A stretch of 63,606 nt of DNA, filler included, from Octopus bimaculoides (Eukaryota), in assembly GCF_001194135.2 (NCBI RefSeq). It is 5 parts of 5 records of this genome, joined end to end, with 100 filler letters (N's around TTAATTAATTAA, not from the genome) between each part and the next. Parts side by side here need not be neighbours in the genome. Positions count along the whole stretch, not along the records: positions 24,854 to 55,905 come from NC_068999.1; 4 more parts are not named here. One strand, 5' to 3'. Positions 39,276-52,725 of the stretch are shown here, piece after piece. Positions within the stretch are counted from its first letter, which is position 1. Every line of letters begins with the position of its first letter. The position numbers and the translations under genes were made by a program. The notes beneath the pieces are model-generated. The model ran no database searches. It was not told where the DNA came from and saw only the letters and a list, made by a program, of their open reading frames with translations.

Positions 39276-40527
39276 CAGGGTGTTTAGAAATTAAACAACT
39301 AAAGTTTCGGTCTTTCATAACTATCAATAAATGCGATGAGATATGAAAATTATACATCATTATAAGAGCTTAGTGGGTCTTCTTTTTATTTCAAACTAAA
39401 TAAATTGAGATTTAAAATCAGATTTTGACTATAGGGCGAAATACAGTCATAGTCCTTGACAAAGGAGGCGAAAGTAACAAAGCTGTACAAAGAAGCTTAA
39501 AATTAACCGAACAACTGTCTAGAAAATTGTCAAGAAGTTTCCAGAGACTGGTTCTACAGCTGATCAAACTGGACGTGGACGAAAAAGAAGAGTGCGGACC
39601 TTTCAGTTTCAGTGGAAGGATACTGCGGAATCATCGTTATTCCGCCAGAAAACTGGCTGCCACAGCAAAAATAAGCCGAGCATTGATGTATCGAGTGCTG
39701 AATTAGAATCTCAGAACCAACTACTATAAGATGATCTGCTGTCATGACGTCACACAAGTTTATAAGGCCATGAAACTGGAGAGAAGTCGTATTATCTTAG
39801 GCGGAATTTCTGAAGACACGCTGCTCGAGCTGGTGTTCATTGGTCAAAAGAAATTTCACATCGAAGTGACAGAAAGCACACGCAATGAACGATATAGAGC
39901 GCATCTGGCTCCGTTGAGGGTAGACTCGTAAATTGAGGTCTAAATCCAGTCAGTTATGGTTTGGATGACTGTGACAACCACTGGAAGGTCTCCCCTCATT
40001 TTTCTGACCTCGGGGTTAAAATTAACGCTCAGCAATACATTACCGACATTCTGGAAAATGAATTCCTTCCGTAGACGAATGAGCACTTTCAAGACGCACC
40101 TTCGAGCCTCCAACAGGACTCGGGTCAATCCCACAACTCGAAACAGACACAGCACTGGATTCAGAAAAACATTCCGCCGTTCATAGGCAAGGATGTATGG
40201 CTCTCAAGAAGCCCCATGCTAAACCCGCTTGATTTTTCTTTCTGATTCATTTTGGAGACGAGAGTCTCGTGCACTCCTCGTGCTTCGCTTGACGTTCTGA
40301 AGTAAAAAATGCACAAGGAATGGGCTTCGATCCCGCAACAACAGTTACGTGCCTAGTGTGAAGCATTCGCACCTAGACATAAGGCTGTGGTTCGAAACAA
40401 ATGTGTTCATATAGTCATAATTTTGTGTGCTTTCCCATTGCATCGCAACAATCGAACCCGAAATATAACAACATCGTGCTTTGACAAAATTGAAAAATGT
40501 CTGTTGCCTTAATTTTGGGACACCTAG
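39276..40527 (+). mobile_element. Full-length decayed DD37D transposon (1252 bp) flanked by TA
   Basis: TA|CAGGGTG...CACCTAG|TA with degenerate TIRs. Transposase includes SARKLAATAKISR, VMVWMTV, LQQDSGQSH...SRSPMLNPLD (D-37-D counted). Confidence 0.88.
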
Positions 40528-41439
40528 TACACACACAAGCACACACACAAGCACACACACACATATGCATTATGTACTTATATATNNNNNNNNNNNNNNN
40601 NNNNNNNNNNNNNNNNNNNNNNNNNNNNNNNNNNNNNNNNNNNNNNNNNNNNNNNNNNNNNNNNNNNNNNNNNNNNNNNNNNNNNNNNNNNNNNNNNNNN
40701 NNNNNNNNNNNNNNNNNNNNNNNNNNNNNNNNNNNNNNNNNNNNNNNNNNNNNNNNNNNNNNNNNNNNNNNNNNNNNNNNNNNNNNNNNNNNNNNNNNNN
40801 NNNNNNNNNNNNNNNNNNNNNNNNNNNNNNNNNNNNNNNNNNNNNNNNNNNNNNNNNNNNNNNNNNNNNNNNNNNNNNNNNNNNNNNNNNNNNNNNNNNN
40901 NNNNNNNNNNNNNNNNNNNNNNNNNNNNNNNNNNNNNNNNNNNNNNNNNNNNNNNNNNNNNNNNNNNNNNNNNNNGTCATTTGTATGCCATAGAAAACCT
41001 TTCTATTTATTCGTGAAATTTCTAAGTGAATATTGCTCTTTCCTAATTTAGAGATGTTTTAGTAATTTTAGAGTTGATATCAAGGGAATATGAAAAAAAA
41101 AACACGACGATTGAATTTGAAATACCCACACCTCCTGTTTAATCTTTGTAGCAGCACTGCGGCGGGTTTGCAAAGACTTTTTACAAAAAGAACTTACTGC
41201 ATTCTAATTTGGAAAACTGCTTTCTAAACTCATTTCAATGTGATCACAAGTCAAGCCACAACCTTTTCTTATTCATTTCCGTATATATCTCTGCACACAC
41301 ACACATACACATACACACGCACTCACACACACATTTACAAATCTCCTTCTCACTGTCTTAACCGATACGTGCGTACACACTCCTCGCATCCTTCTCATAT
41401 ACACAGGCACATATACCCATATAAATATATATGTGTATA

Positions 41440-41591
<152 letters not shown>

Positions 41592-42450
41592 CATTCATAT
41601 GAACATATAAATACATATGTATATATGCATATAAGACATAGGTAGGCATGGGCATATATATCATACATACATTTATACACACACAAACACACAATATATA
41701 TATACATAAATATATACACATATATACTTATAAAATATAGATATAGACATATAAATATTACATACCTGTAAATGTATATGTGTGTGTGTGTGCGTGCGTG
41801 TGTGTGTGTGTGTGTGTGTAATCACGTATGCGTCTGCTCATGTTACTGTACGTATGTGTACGTTAATGTGTTTGCCTTCCCCGTTTAATTAGTATTCATT
41901 TATGAAAAAGGCTGAAGGCTATTTGGAACCTGCTCTACTAATAGGTGCAGTCCTGTAGTGAGGTCACCATATGCGCAAATAAACACATTTAACTCAGAAT
42001 ATAATTGCCTTCATCTTTGAACACGACATACAAGCCATAGAAATTCGATTTCTAGATTCTCGTAAATTGTATTCTTGAATCTTTAGCTAGTTTTGCCTTT
42101 TGGTTATTGGCATTGTCATGTTTCCATACTGATATAACAGCGGCACGAAACAAATGTGCAATTCAAGACAATTTAACACACAAACATGAAACGGAGAAAA
42201 TACACGGCAATACAAAACCTTATATGCGATATGTGTCAATATGTCTGCATGTATACTGTACGAATGGTTTACGCTTACTTCTCCTCCCCTCCTCTCTCTT
42301 TCTCACCAGCTCTCTCTCTCCCATTCTCCCTATATATATGTGTGTGTGTATGTGCATGTATATGTATATATGTATTTGTTTATATAAATGTATATACACA
42401 AACATACAAACACAAACACACACAAACCCGCACACAGACATATGTATATA

Positions 42451-42487
<37 letters not shown>

Positions 42488-42489
42488 AG

Positions 42490-42527
42490 ACAGACAGACA
42501 TACGAACAGACAGACAGAAAGACAGAC

Positions 42528-42567
<40 letters not shown>

Positions 42568-42575
42568 TGTCAGAC

Positions 42576-42623
<48 letters not shown>

Positions 42624-42645
42624 GGATAGACAGATAGATAGATTC
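42490..42645. repeat. (GACA)n-(GATA)n microsatellite
   Basis: Direct reading. Confidence 0.95.
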
Positions 42646-42854
42646 ATGCATCTTAACACTTTCTGTGTAATTTACGAGTGCTGAGGGAGGGAAAAGACGA
42701 GATTGCCTATCTACTACGTTAATTTCAATATTTCTCGGTGTGAAGCCAACGAATCACAACTTTCAAACAATGAACATTTGTATTTCGTGGGTAAATAGCA
42801 ATAAGTTTAACTCCGTACTTTAATTCGGGTTCGTTTACTTTGTTATGTTTTTTT

Positions 42855-42892
<38 letters not shown>

Positions 42893-43270
42893 CTTTTTCG
42901 CATGTTCACACAGAACTTGAAATCACGTGAAGCGCTCTGTTGATATTGACAACATAAAAAAAAAACAGGTATACAAATACACTGGAAATTAAGATAAAAT
43001 GGCTTATACGGTATTTACTTCAGATATACAATGCTAAAGTCAAAAGCGTAAAACATCAAATAAATGTGCATTTCCTGCTTCACTAATTGTAAACAGTATT
43101 GGCTTAAATAAAAGATGAATAATATACAAGAAAAATAAGTGCATAAAACAGGGAATTTCATCCCTACCCCTCACAGCGATTCACCGCTGGCTAACTGCGA
43201 CATTTCAACAACATACAACTCTCAATAACCAACACTACAAGAATTACATTATTCTTGTGATTTACTTTAG

Positions 43271-43303
43271 TGTATTCATTATTTTCTTCGTGCTACATAA
43301 CAG
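43271..43303 (+). CDS. Candidate 33-nt symmetric exon (VFIIFFVLHN in phase 2, or YSLFSSCYIT in phase 1)
   Basis: Acceptor CTTGTGATTTACTTTAG and donor CAG|GTAATG. Confidence 0.35.
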
Positions 43304-43959
43304 GTAATGCCATGATATCGACTATTCATTCTATGCAGCACTTCAAGACAGCCGGTGACATGTTAACAAGTTAAGTGTATAATTGGGGGACTTAATTACG
43401 GTTTGAGACAATTCTGGCAGGATTTCTGGCATGTCATTTACGAAGATAGCTTTCCATTTTGATTTAGACGTTCCTCATAAGTACGGTTTTCCTTATTATC
43501 TTGTTGAAATGTCTCTTGCCCTTAATTTTCAACAAAATCATCCCTTAGGGCAGCTGTTTCCCTTGTATTACTGGTTGTTTCCATTTACTTCATAACTGTC
43601 CTTTATTTAGGATAATAATTGATGTGGTCCGAATCCCTTTCACGGTGATTCGCCAAAGTTCCTTTCTGTATCTCGACTCACACTGTTTTATGGCATATCA
43701 CGTTTTTCACTACAACACCTTGTGTGGTTCTTCTATATTCTTTGCCGACCCAGGTTTTATGCATCTAAGACGAATTTTCGACTCTTGAATTCACTCACGT
43801 AACTTAGCTATTCAATCGAAACCAGGAAATAGGCTGTGACCACTTCCGTACATTGAAGAGCTGCATACATGATTAGGAGCCAAATAATTTCACCGCGCAC
43901 ACCAGAGTGTACACATTACATCCCTACAAAATTCCAGCTCAGAACGAGAGGACATATAA

Positions 43960-44091
43960 ATCATATCTGAGTTATATCGAAAACAAAAACGCAGCCATCA
44001 AAATAAAACAAGTTATCAGAAGCAGTGAAGATGAAAAGACGTTTGAGACAAGGATGTATATTATCATCGTATGTAATAGATATGTTTCTGC
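43960..44091 (+). mobile_element. Old RTE-like RT domain-4 fragment (target of the next element)
   Basis: NKNAAIKIKQV / (frameshift) EAVKMKRRLRQGCILS resembles RT motif xxRGVRQGCxLSP. Confidence 0.5.
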
Positions 44092-44100
44092 GTGTATGTG

Positions 44101-45466
44101 TATGCAGAAAATCCACGCAGATTAAAGAGGCGGCCAGAAAATCGATACCTGACATATATTCCCAGAGAACTAACCATAGCAAAAGCATGAGTAACAGCAG
44201 CAGCAAAGTACAAAGAAGAGAGTTGAGGGAATGATGTCACTCTGCTTCACACCATTCTCTACAGGAATGGGTCCAACCATGCCACCAGCAACATTGACCC
44301 AAGCTTCCATCCCGTCATGAAATGATTTAATTATAGATACACAGTATAGCAAGGCCCTACTCACATTATCAAACGTTTTGGTTAAATCAATGAATACATG
44401 GACAAAATCCATACTTTCTTATCCTCTTTAACCCTCACCATTTTACTGTAAATTTTCAAGTTTTCCAGTCTCTCATTCGTGACATCCTTTTTGCAGATGT
44501 CTGTGATTTAGTCACTCATACAGTGGATGACATGTACATACTTATGAATCGTATTTCTGATTCTTGCAAGACATTTGGACTCAGTATCGACCTGGATAAG
44601 ACTGTTGCAAAGTTCCAGCCTGCACCAGGAAATCCCTATGTGGAACCAGTTATCTTGGTTGAAGAAACAATTCTGAAAGTGGTAGACAAGTTTGTATAGT
44701 TGGGAAGTTCTTGCTCCCTGGATGATGAAATATCTTTCAGGCTGCAGAGATAAACTGATTTCTTCTGGTCTCTTGAGTCACGTGTCTGGTCCCAGCATGG
44801 CATCACATGCCAAACGAAAATTGCTGTGTACTGTGTTGTGTACTGACGTGGAACTTTTACAAACGTCACGTAATGTCCTTGAACGCTTTCACGAGAGATG
44901 TCTGAGACACATTCTGAATGTTGGCTGGATATTAATAAACTTCCTGACACACAGGTCCTGAGGAAAGTTGATATCATCAGTATTGAGGCGATCATGTACA
45001 GGCACCGGTTACGTTGGACTGGATATCTTATTAGAATGAAGGATAGCAGGATCCCTAAACAGATGTTATATGGGGAACTTAGTGGGAAAAGACTCCTGCA
45101 GAAACCAGGGCTCCGATTTAAGGTCTGTGTCAAGTCCTCATTAATGGCCTGTGATATGCAGGGGACTGACTGGGAGAGCGATGCTTGTCATCACCACAGA
45201 TTGGAGAAGCAGGTTAATGAGGCACCTTTGAAAGAGTACGTATCATGCATGAAAAATTAGGCGTGCTGAACCGAAAGGGCGCTGCTATTGTAGGGAATGG
45301 GGAATTTTGGATTGCAATGGTTGCAGTCGTGTATGCTTGTCAAGAGCAGGGCTAATTAACCACGAACGGAGCCGCAAATGCAAAATATAAGTTAGTCCAA
45401 GAACACACAATGTTCCTAAAGGTCAGCAATGGTCTTCCTCGTTCACACGTGGACGGCCATCATCAT
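44101..45466 (+). mobile_element. RTE (BovB-like) LINE with inverted 5' segment and 9-bp TSD
   Basis: Minus strand 44410 to 44096: FIDLTKTFD, GVKQ, GIYVRYRFSGRLFNLR. Plus strand from about 44458: LIRDILFAD, RVWSQHGI, RLRWTG, C-terminal CNGCSRVCLSRAGLINH, (CAT)3 tail. TSD GTGTATGTG at 44092-44100 and 45467-45475. Confidence 0.88.
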
Positions 45467-46866
45467 GTGTATGTGAAAAACTATGTATGTACATATGTGT
45501 GTGTGTAATGCGAGTGCGTGTATGTGTATATATATATGTGTGTGTGTATATGCACGTGTACCAACATATATCAGCTTGTGTATATATGTATGTGTATGTA
45601 TATGTATATATATGTGTACATATATATANNNNNNNNNNNNNNNNNNNNNNNNNNNNNNNNNNNNNNNNNNNNNNNNNNNNNNNNNNNNNNNNNNNNNNNN
45701 NNNNNNNNNNNNNNNNNNNNNNNNNNNNNNNNNNNNNNNNNNNNNNNNNNNNNNNNNNNNNNNNNNNNNNNNNNNNNNNNNNNNNNNNNNNNNNNNNNNN
45801 NNNNNNNNNNNNNNNNNNNNNNNNNNNNNNNNNNNNNNNNNNNNNNNNNNNNNNNNNNNNNNNNNNNNNNNNNNNNNNNNNNNNNNNNNNNNNNNNNNNN
45901 NNNNNNNNNNNNNNNNNNNNNNNNNNNNNNNNNNNNNNNNNNNNNNNNNNNNNNNNNNNNNNNNNNNNNNNNNNNNNNNNNNNNNNNNNNNNNNNNNNNN
46001 NNNNNNNNNNNNNNNNNNNNNNNNNNNNNNNNNNNNNNNNNNNNNNNNNNNNNNNNNNNNNNNNNNNNNNNNNNNNNNNNNNNNNNNNNNNNNNNNNNNN
46101 NNNNNNNNNNNNNNNNNNNNNNNNNNNNNNNNNNNNNNNNNNNNNNNNNNNNNNNNNNNNNNNNNNNNNNNNNNNNNNNNNNNNNNNNNNNNNNNNNNNN
46201 NNNNNNNNNNNNNNNNNNNNNNNNNNNNNNNNNNNNNNNNNNNNNNNNNNNNNNNNNNNNNNNNNNNNNNNNNNNNNNNNNNNNNNNNNNNNNNNNNNNN
46301 NNNNNNNNNNNNNNNNNNNNNNNNNNNNNNNNNNNNNNNNNNNNNNNNNNNNNNNNNNNNNNNNNNNNNNNNNNNNNNNNNNNNNNNNNNNNNNNNNNNN
46401 NNNNNNNATATATATACACACACATGTGTATGTGTTTGTATATATGTATATATGCATATATATACATACAAACATACAAGAATAAAAATGTATTTTAAAC
46501 AGAAATATGAGCATCATCATAATAATGTAGGAGTATATTTCTGTCGTGACAGAATTAGTTATTTTACAATTATTAAAGCTTATGTGGGAGAAATGGTTTG
46601 TTCAAAATATTTAGATTCATTATTTTCATCTTAATGGTAGCCATTTACTGATATATGTGGCTAATATGTAGAAGGAAAAAAAATCACGCTAAAAGTATTT
46701 TATTTGAAATTTAAATTGCGACGTCCTTTGTTCTAAATTATATTTATGAGCACTAATAATATAAATTTGAATATAATTTCAATACATAAATCCTCGCTTT
46801 GCTTAATTGCTGACATAAATATTCAGCATAGGGAACACTGGACATTTATGTGTGCATATACGTATG

Positions 46867-46929
<63 letters not shown>

Positions 46930-47165
46930 NNNNNNNNNNNNNNNNNNNNNNNNNNNNNNNNNNNNNNNNNNNNNNNNNNNNNNNNNNNNNNNNNNNNNNN
47001 NNNNNNNNNNNNNNNNNNNNNNNNNNNNNNNNNNNNNNNNNNNNNNNNNNNNNNNNNNNNNNNNNNNNNNNTATACATACAGATATATATATATTCACAC
47101 ATACATACATACATACATACATACATACATACATACATACATACATGCACACATATCGGATTCCT

Positions 47166-47400
47166 GGGTTAGAAAACCTATGCTGCTAGACATGAATTAA
47201 AGGGCTCTATTGCTGGTGTCAAACCACGTATAATTGTACGTACACATGCCGGCAGTGACCGTGACTGATCGGAAATTGGCCACCGGTTAATTTCTGGCCA
47301 TCTACTGTCCCTGCCGACATGTATCTATGCCATTATACGTGTGTTGACAGCAGCAACAGAGCCCTGTACCTCTTATCTCTAGCTGTAGGTATTGTAACCC
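47166..47400. mobile_element. 235-bp foldback element (MITE-like)
   Basis: 47202-47259 is an imperfect reverse complement of 47307-47364. Outer arms GGGTTA.../...TAACCC. Inner hairpin GAAATTGGCC-ACC-GGTTAATTTC. Confidence 0.8.
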
Positions 47401-48024
47401 CCTCAGTCATATATAATGGCATTTATTCTTTTCCTTTTCGATGAAACTCTCTCATTTAGTTGCCTCATTTAAGTATTTATATAGAAATATATGCACTCTC
47501 ATATATACATACAAAAGTATATACGTATATATATGTATGTATATANNNNNNNNNNNNNNNNNNNNNNNNNNNNNNNNNNNNNNNNNNNNNNNNNNNNNNN
47601 NNNNNNNNNNNNNNNNNNNNNNNNNNNNNNNNNNNNNNNNNNNNNNNNNNNNNNNNNNNNNNNNNNNNNNNNNTATATATTTGCATATATGTATGTATAC
47701 ATACTTATATGAATATATATAGAGAGAGAGAGGGAGAGAGAGAGAGTTAGAGAGATAGAGAGTTAGAGAGTGAGAGAGAGTTAGAGAGATAGAGAGAGAA
47801 AAAAATGAAAACAACACAGAAGATGTTTTACAAGATTTAATTGTATATTAGAGCCAAGATAATGAAGATATTCAATTTTGTACAAAATAAGGTTTTGTCC
47901 TGTCAACTTAATTGAAGTAAGGACCGGTTTCGCATTGCTCATTAAACTGTGAGTTGAAAGATATAATTTGCTACGGGGAAAATATATTGATGGGGAGGTA
48001 ATCGTTCACTCATTTATTTTGCAG

Positions 48025-48104
48025 TAAATGGGAGGTAAATCTGCACTTCTTTTATTTTTTCCTGTTCACTACTTTATTCTGGTTTACAACCTCCATTAGA
48101 TTGG
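48025..48104 (+). CDS. Candidate exon encoding a hydrophobic (TM or signal-like) segment KWEVNLHFFYFFLFTTLFWFTTSIRL
   Basis: Acceptor CATTTATTTTGCAG, donor G|GTAAGT, one open frame (phase 2 to 1). Caveat: it abuts the 3' end of a PLE. Confidence 0.35.
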
Positions 48105-48139
48105 GTAAGTCCTTTATTTTTAATATAGACTCATATTTA

Positions 48140-48990
48140 ATTCTGGTTTATATTTTTGGATAAATGAGACCTCTTATTATCAGTCTTACTTGTGTTGATG
48201 TCAAGAAAGCTAATTGATAAAACGCGAAAATTTCGAATCGTGGTTGTAATTGTTCTGCACGTTCGTTATTGTGTTGACTGAGGTATATTTGGCGATACAG
48301 TGGGGAGGAAATCTGTTGTCTGTCGAATTTCCAATAAAATTTCAATGGCAACCCAAGCATCTGATTACATAAATGAGGTCTTGGGAGGTGCAAGTGAATT
48401 TAGATTTGATTTTGAATATTTGTCCTTGTCTGAAATGGAATTCCGAACCTTCCAACATATTGGGACATGTTCTGCAATTAGGGCGACCTCACTTCACTAC
48501 TCTTGCGTCCGTTGTTCTAGAGAAAAGTTTGGCATTGGTTAGAATTTTCTGCAATGTCTTAGGCTCTTTGCTTCTCTTAATGGTTTTGTGTTCACGTAGA
48601 ATCTCTTTACGTTTGGGGTCCCCATGGATTATTGGAGGATTTTGGGCGACGATATTGGATGCTTCTTTGTTTCAGGGATTCTATGCGGAGATATAAGCTT
48701 GTGCTTTGAGCGTAACTGTGTTGTTGCATTTGGCTTCTCTTAATATTTTAATATTAATCGATATTACACGTTTAACTCCTTCATTTATGAGTTGTGTTGG
48801 GTAGTACCTGTGTTGGAGTACATTTTTAAGCTTTTGCAATCAGAGTTCTCGGGTATATTTTTGCGGATACAATGGTGCAAATCGGTCTTGCAAGGTTGAA
48901 AAGGATATTTGTTTTGATATCTCTTGGGTGACATGAGATAAATAATACGTATCGTTTAGCGTCTGTGGTTTTGTAAGAAATGTCTGTTTC
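48140..48990 (-). mobile_element. Neptune-like PLE remnant (RT thumb, Zn-finger linker, GIY-YIG start)
   Basis: ETDISYKTTDAKRY..SCHPRDIKTNILFNLARPICTIV; VK*GRPNCRTCP; FTCTSQDLIYVIRCLGC..FIG. Frameshifted, with a deletion in the endonuclease. Confidence 0.8.
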
Positions 48991-49094
48991 TATTTTTTTT
49001 TAATCAGTATGACCATTTTATGCATGCTAGCCACTGGTAGAATATTTCTCTAATTTCTCTACCCTATATATATTGTCTTAATATCAATATGTGT

Positions 49095-49310
49095 GTGTAT
49101 GTGTGTGTCTGGGTGTCTGTGTTTGAGTGTTTGTTTTTCCCCTCCCAACATCGCTTCACAACCGATAAGATAGCGTTTCGACAAAAGAGAAAGATAGAAT
49201 AAGTACTAGGCTTACAAAGAATAAGTCTGGAGTTGTTTTGTTCGACTAAAGGCGGTGTTCCAGCATGGCTGCTGTCAGATGACTGAAACATATAAAGGAA
49301 TAAAAGAATA
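49095..49310 (+). mobile_element. SINE family B, 3' half
   Basis: CCAACATCGCTTCACAACCG...CCAGCATGGCTGCTGTCAGATGACTGAAAC. Confidence 0.85.
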
Positions 49311-50585
49311 CTAATATATATGTGTGTATACGCGTATATATATATATATATATATAGTTATTTATTTATTTATGTGTATATGTATGAATCTATGCACACA
49401 TTTATATGTTTTGTGTATGCTTATTTGTGTATATATGCACATATGTGCATTGCACATCATAAAGGGATTCTTTTTAAACTTTTCGTTACCACTCAATACA
49501 TCTCTTTGTTTACTACATTATTTTTTCTTTTTACGATTGGCCCGAATACTTTTGATTACTTGAAAGTAATGTAGAATCGGGTAGCCCTGTGTCTTCTCCC
49601 AGCAACGCGCTGCAGTTGATATTGAAACCAAGAACGAACGTAAGAGGAAGAGAGAGAAAGACAGAAGCCGAAATGGTGACAGGGAGACCAAGACAAAAAC
49701 AGAGATAGCTGTGGGAGAACGAGCAGAATTAACCCCAGTTCTAAAACGACACTACGCAAATTTGCCGCAGTGCATTTACGCAGCGCATTATTTTGAAAAT
49801 CGACCGTCTTATTAAGATAGAAACTGTGTCACGTCACGAATAACTTTTCTTCTTTAGCAAATTAAAGTCATAACCTTGCCAGAAATACTAGATAAATCTA
49901 CAATTCACGAGAGAATTCAGAAGGTTTTGCTTTGTCTGATCTTATGTTAACAAAGTTTATGTTTATTTAATGATTTTCGTAAAGATGCAAGAAACATTCA
50001 TCAGCTGATTAATATAATTAATTAAATATCAGTTATTTATCTAATAAGTCTTGAAAACATTTTGATTTTTTTTTTTTTGTTTCATTACAAATAAGAATGT
50101 TAGTATGAGCAAGATAAATCTTTTGGAGAAAAAACAAAGTCATCACGTTTTCTAAATTTTAGCTGTTCTTTTTTTTTTGAGTTATTTATTTATTTATTTC
50201 AAGAGGGAATTTCGTGTTCGTCGGCATTTATGTTGCTGCATCTACCATCTTTACTGATTTATTCTTTAAATAGTGATGAATACATCTCTGTCTCTGATTT
50301 TGTTTTATTAACAAAATGAAAGTTTCTTATTAAATGAAAGTGTCCAATGTTTAATATATTTGTTTTGTAAAATATATCACGTAGTGTTTCAAACGAGCGT
50401 CTAAATAGAACGTTTTTATTGCATTCCCTTACGGTATGTCACGTTTTCTATAGACGTCAAACCCGACTTGCTAACCTTGAGTGGGGTCTTCTACAGGATA
50501 GCTCGGCGTGGCAGATATAAGTTTCAAACATACTTCAAACCGTTTTGAAGAAAGAGCGCATTAGATAATGTTATGTGAGCTTATT

Positions 50586-50800
50586 TCAAAGCAAGCAAGC
50601 TACCAGAATCGTCAGTGTATCGGAAAAAAAAATTAGTGGAATTTCTTCCGGTTCTTTAGGTTCTGAGATCAAATTCCACAGACTTTGCCTTCATCCTTTC
50701 CGGTTCAATAAAATAATTACCAGTGGAGAGCTAGGTTGATGTAATGGACTACCCAACAATCTTCTCGAGAATTGTTGGCCTCGTGACAAAATTTGAAAAT
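50586..50800 (+). mobile_element. SINE family A, degenerate
   Basis: GTTCTGAGATCAAATTCC...GACTTTGCCTTCATCCTTTCC...GGCCTCGTGACAAAATTTGAAA. Confidence 0.75.
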
Positions 50801-51859
50801 TTTCGGTGACATTATGCCTGAACAAATGTGTGAGCTATTTATTGCGAAACAAATTTTATTAGAGGTCTGCTCTTTCAATCATAACTTTGGCCCAATAACA
50901 ACAGAATACTGGATAACGAAATTGCTAGATTCTCATAAAAATAACTCAATTGCGAACAGCTTTATTCCAGTAATCTTTTCTCTTTCAACTATGTAAATCA
51001 CAGTCAACTGGAAGCAGCATCGGTGGTTTCTCTGTCTTACAAGAAATTAACACCAAATCCCCTCAAAGCACACCGTGATTTTTTAAGCAATGAAGAGGCA
51101 TTCCACATTGTTTTCAAGATTTATGAAAAGCATTTAAGTTGGTCGATGGCAAGCGTCTGTCTTCATACATCTCACAACGAGGCTTAACAAGGATATAGAC
51201 AAACGACATTGTTTTCAATAAACCTTATCGTCATTGTAAATAATAGTTATAATCTACTACACATATTTTGTTCATAATATTGTACTGAAACAATTTCAAT
51301 TCAGTGTAGTTTCAGTTACGTTTAAAACAGGCACTTCCATTGGGTGATATTTCTAAATGATATTTCATTAGGTGTAATAGTCTTTTGCCTGGCTTTTCGA
51401 CTGAGAAATCATGATCAAATATTTTCAGTTATTTCCCAAAAAACATAAACAAAAGCATAATACTGCGTCATTGATTTTAATTCTGATAAATTTGAATAAA
51501 ATTTCACAACCTAATCGGGAAATGTGAGGATCTCTTAACACAATGTACTATGCTGAATATAATATTTTCTATACATTGAATTTTAACTCTCAGTGACAGG
51601 AAACATCATGAGAGTTATAGAAAATTACTACTGTGTAAAGAAGAGAAACGCTAAATCTCAAATAACCAAAAATTAAATGGAAAGAAAATAACTTGATGTC
51701 TGCAACAGTTTTGTTTTATAGCCATAGCAACAATTCGAGGCAGTGGTATTAAACGAGCCCAGTAAATCATAGCCACCATACAGTTGAGGGACCACTGAAG
51801 AACAACAGTGAAACCACTCAATGATTAGACAATTTGAAATATTACTTTCTGCTATAGGG

Positions 51860-52020
51860 GCGAGGACTGAATATTTTTTAGGGGAGAGGGATGGTCGATT
51901 ACATCGATCATAGTTCTCACCTGATAGTTATTCTTATGACTCCAAGGGGAATTTGAACTGGGAAAGTAAAAATAGGAGAAATACTCAGCGGCAATTCGTC
52001 TTTGCCAGTTCACCGCTTTT
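51860..52020 (-). mobile_element. SINE family A, degenerate
   Basis: GGTCGATTACATCGA...GGAATTTGAACTG on the reverse strand. Confidence 0.6.
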
Positions 52021-52564
52021 ATGCAATTTAAATTAACAACATCGGAAAACATTCCAATATTAAATTCTGCTCGTTGAGCATGGAGATGAAGACAGTCTAA
52101 GTAGTTATTAACAACTTGAAATATTTTCTCATCAAATGGAAAGATGTCATTAGAGTGACTAATCTCAATTTTGCAGTCCTTCAGGGATTAATGATTAGTA
52201 TTTCAATTGTTCGATCAACTGAACAGCCTCTCATTGGATTGTTTTGTAAATGACTGAGTATCTTAGAGATACATGCAGCCTTAATGGAATTCTCGGGCAG
52301 TATCAGTACAGGAGTGTCTCTGGCAAAGCTAACCGGATGGAAAGTATATGAAATTGGTACTTCAGAATTTAATTTTCCCTCTAACAAATTTTACTCACAG
52401 ATGTTTAGTGAACAGAAACTTACAAGACAGAGAGTTATCCCAGATACCATGTTATGGAACTGAACTCGGAATTTCATCAATGTTATGGGCTACGTGCGCA
52501 TACGTGTATTATCTGTCTTTGCGTATGATGCATTTCTAATATATAAATACGTGTGAGAGAGGGA

Positions 52565-52604
52565 TAAAGAGTGTGTGAGTGTGTGAGTGTGTGTGAGTGT
52601 GTAT

Positions 52605-52703
<99 letters not shown>

Positions 52704-52720
52704 CGTGCGTGCGTGTGTGT
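52565..52720. repeat. Long (TG)n microsatellite
   Basis: Direct reading. Confidence 0.95.
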
Positions 52721-52725
52721 TTCAG

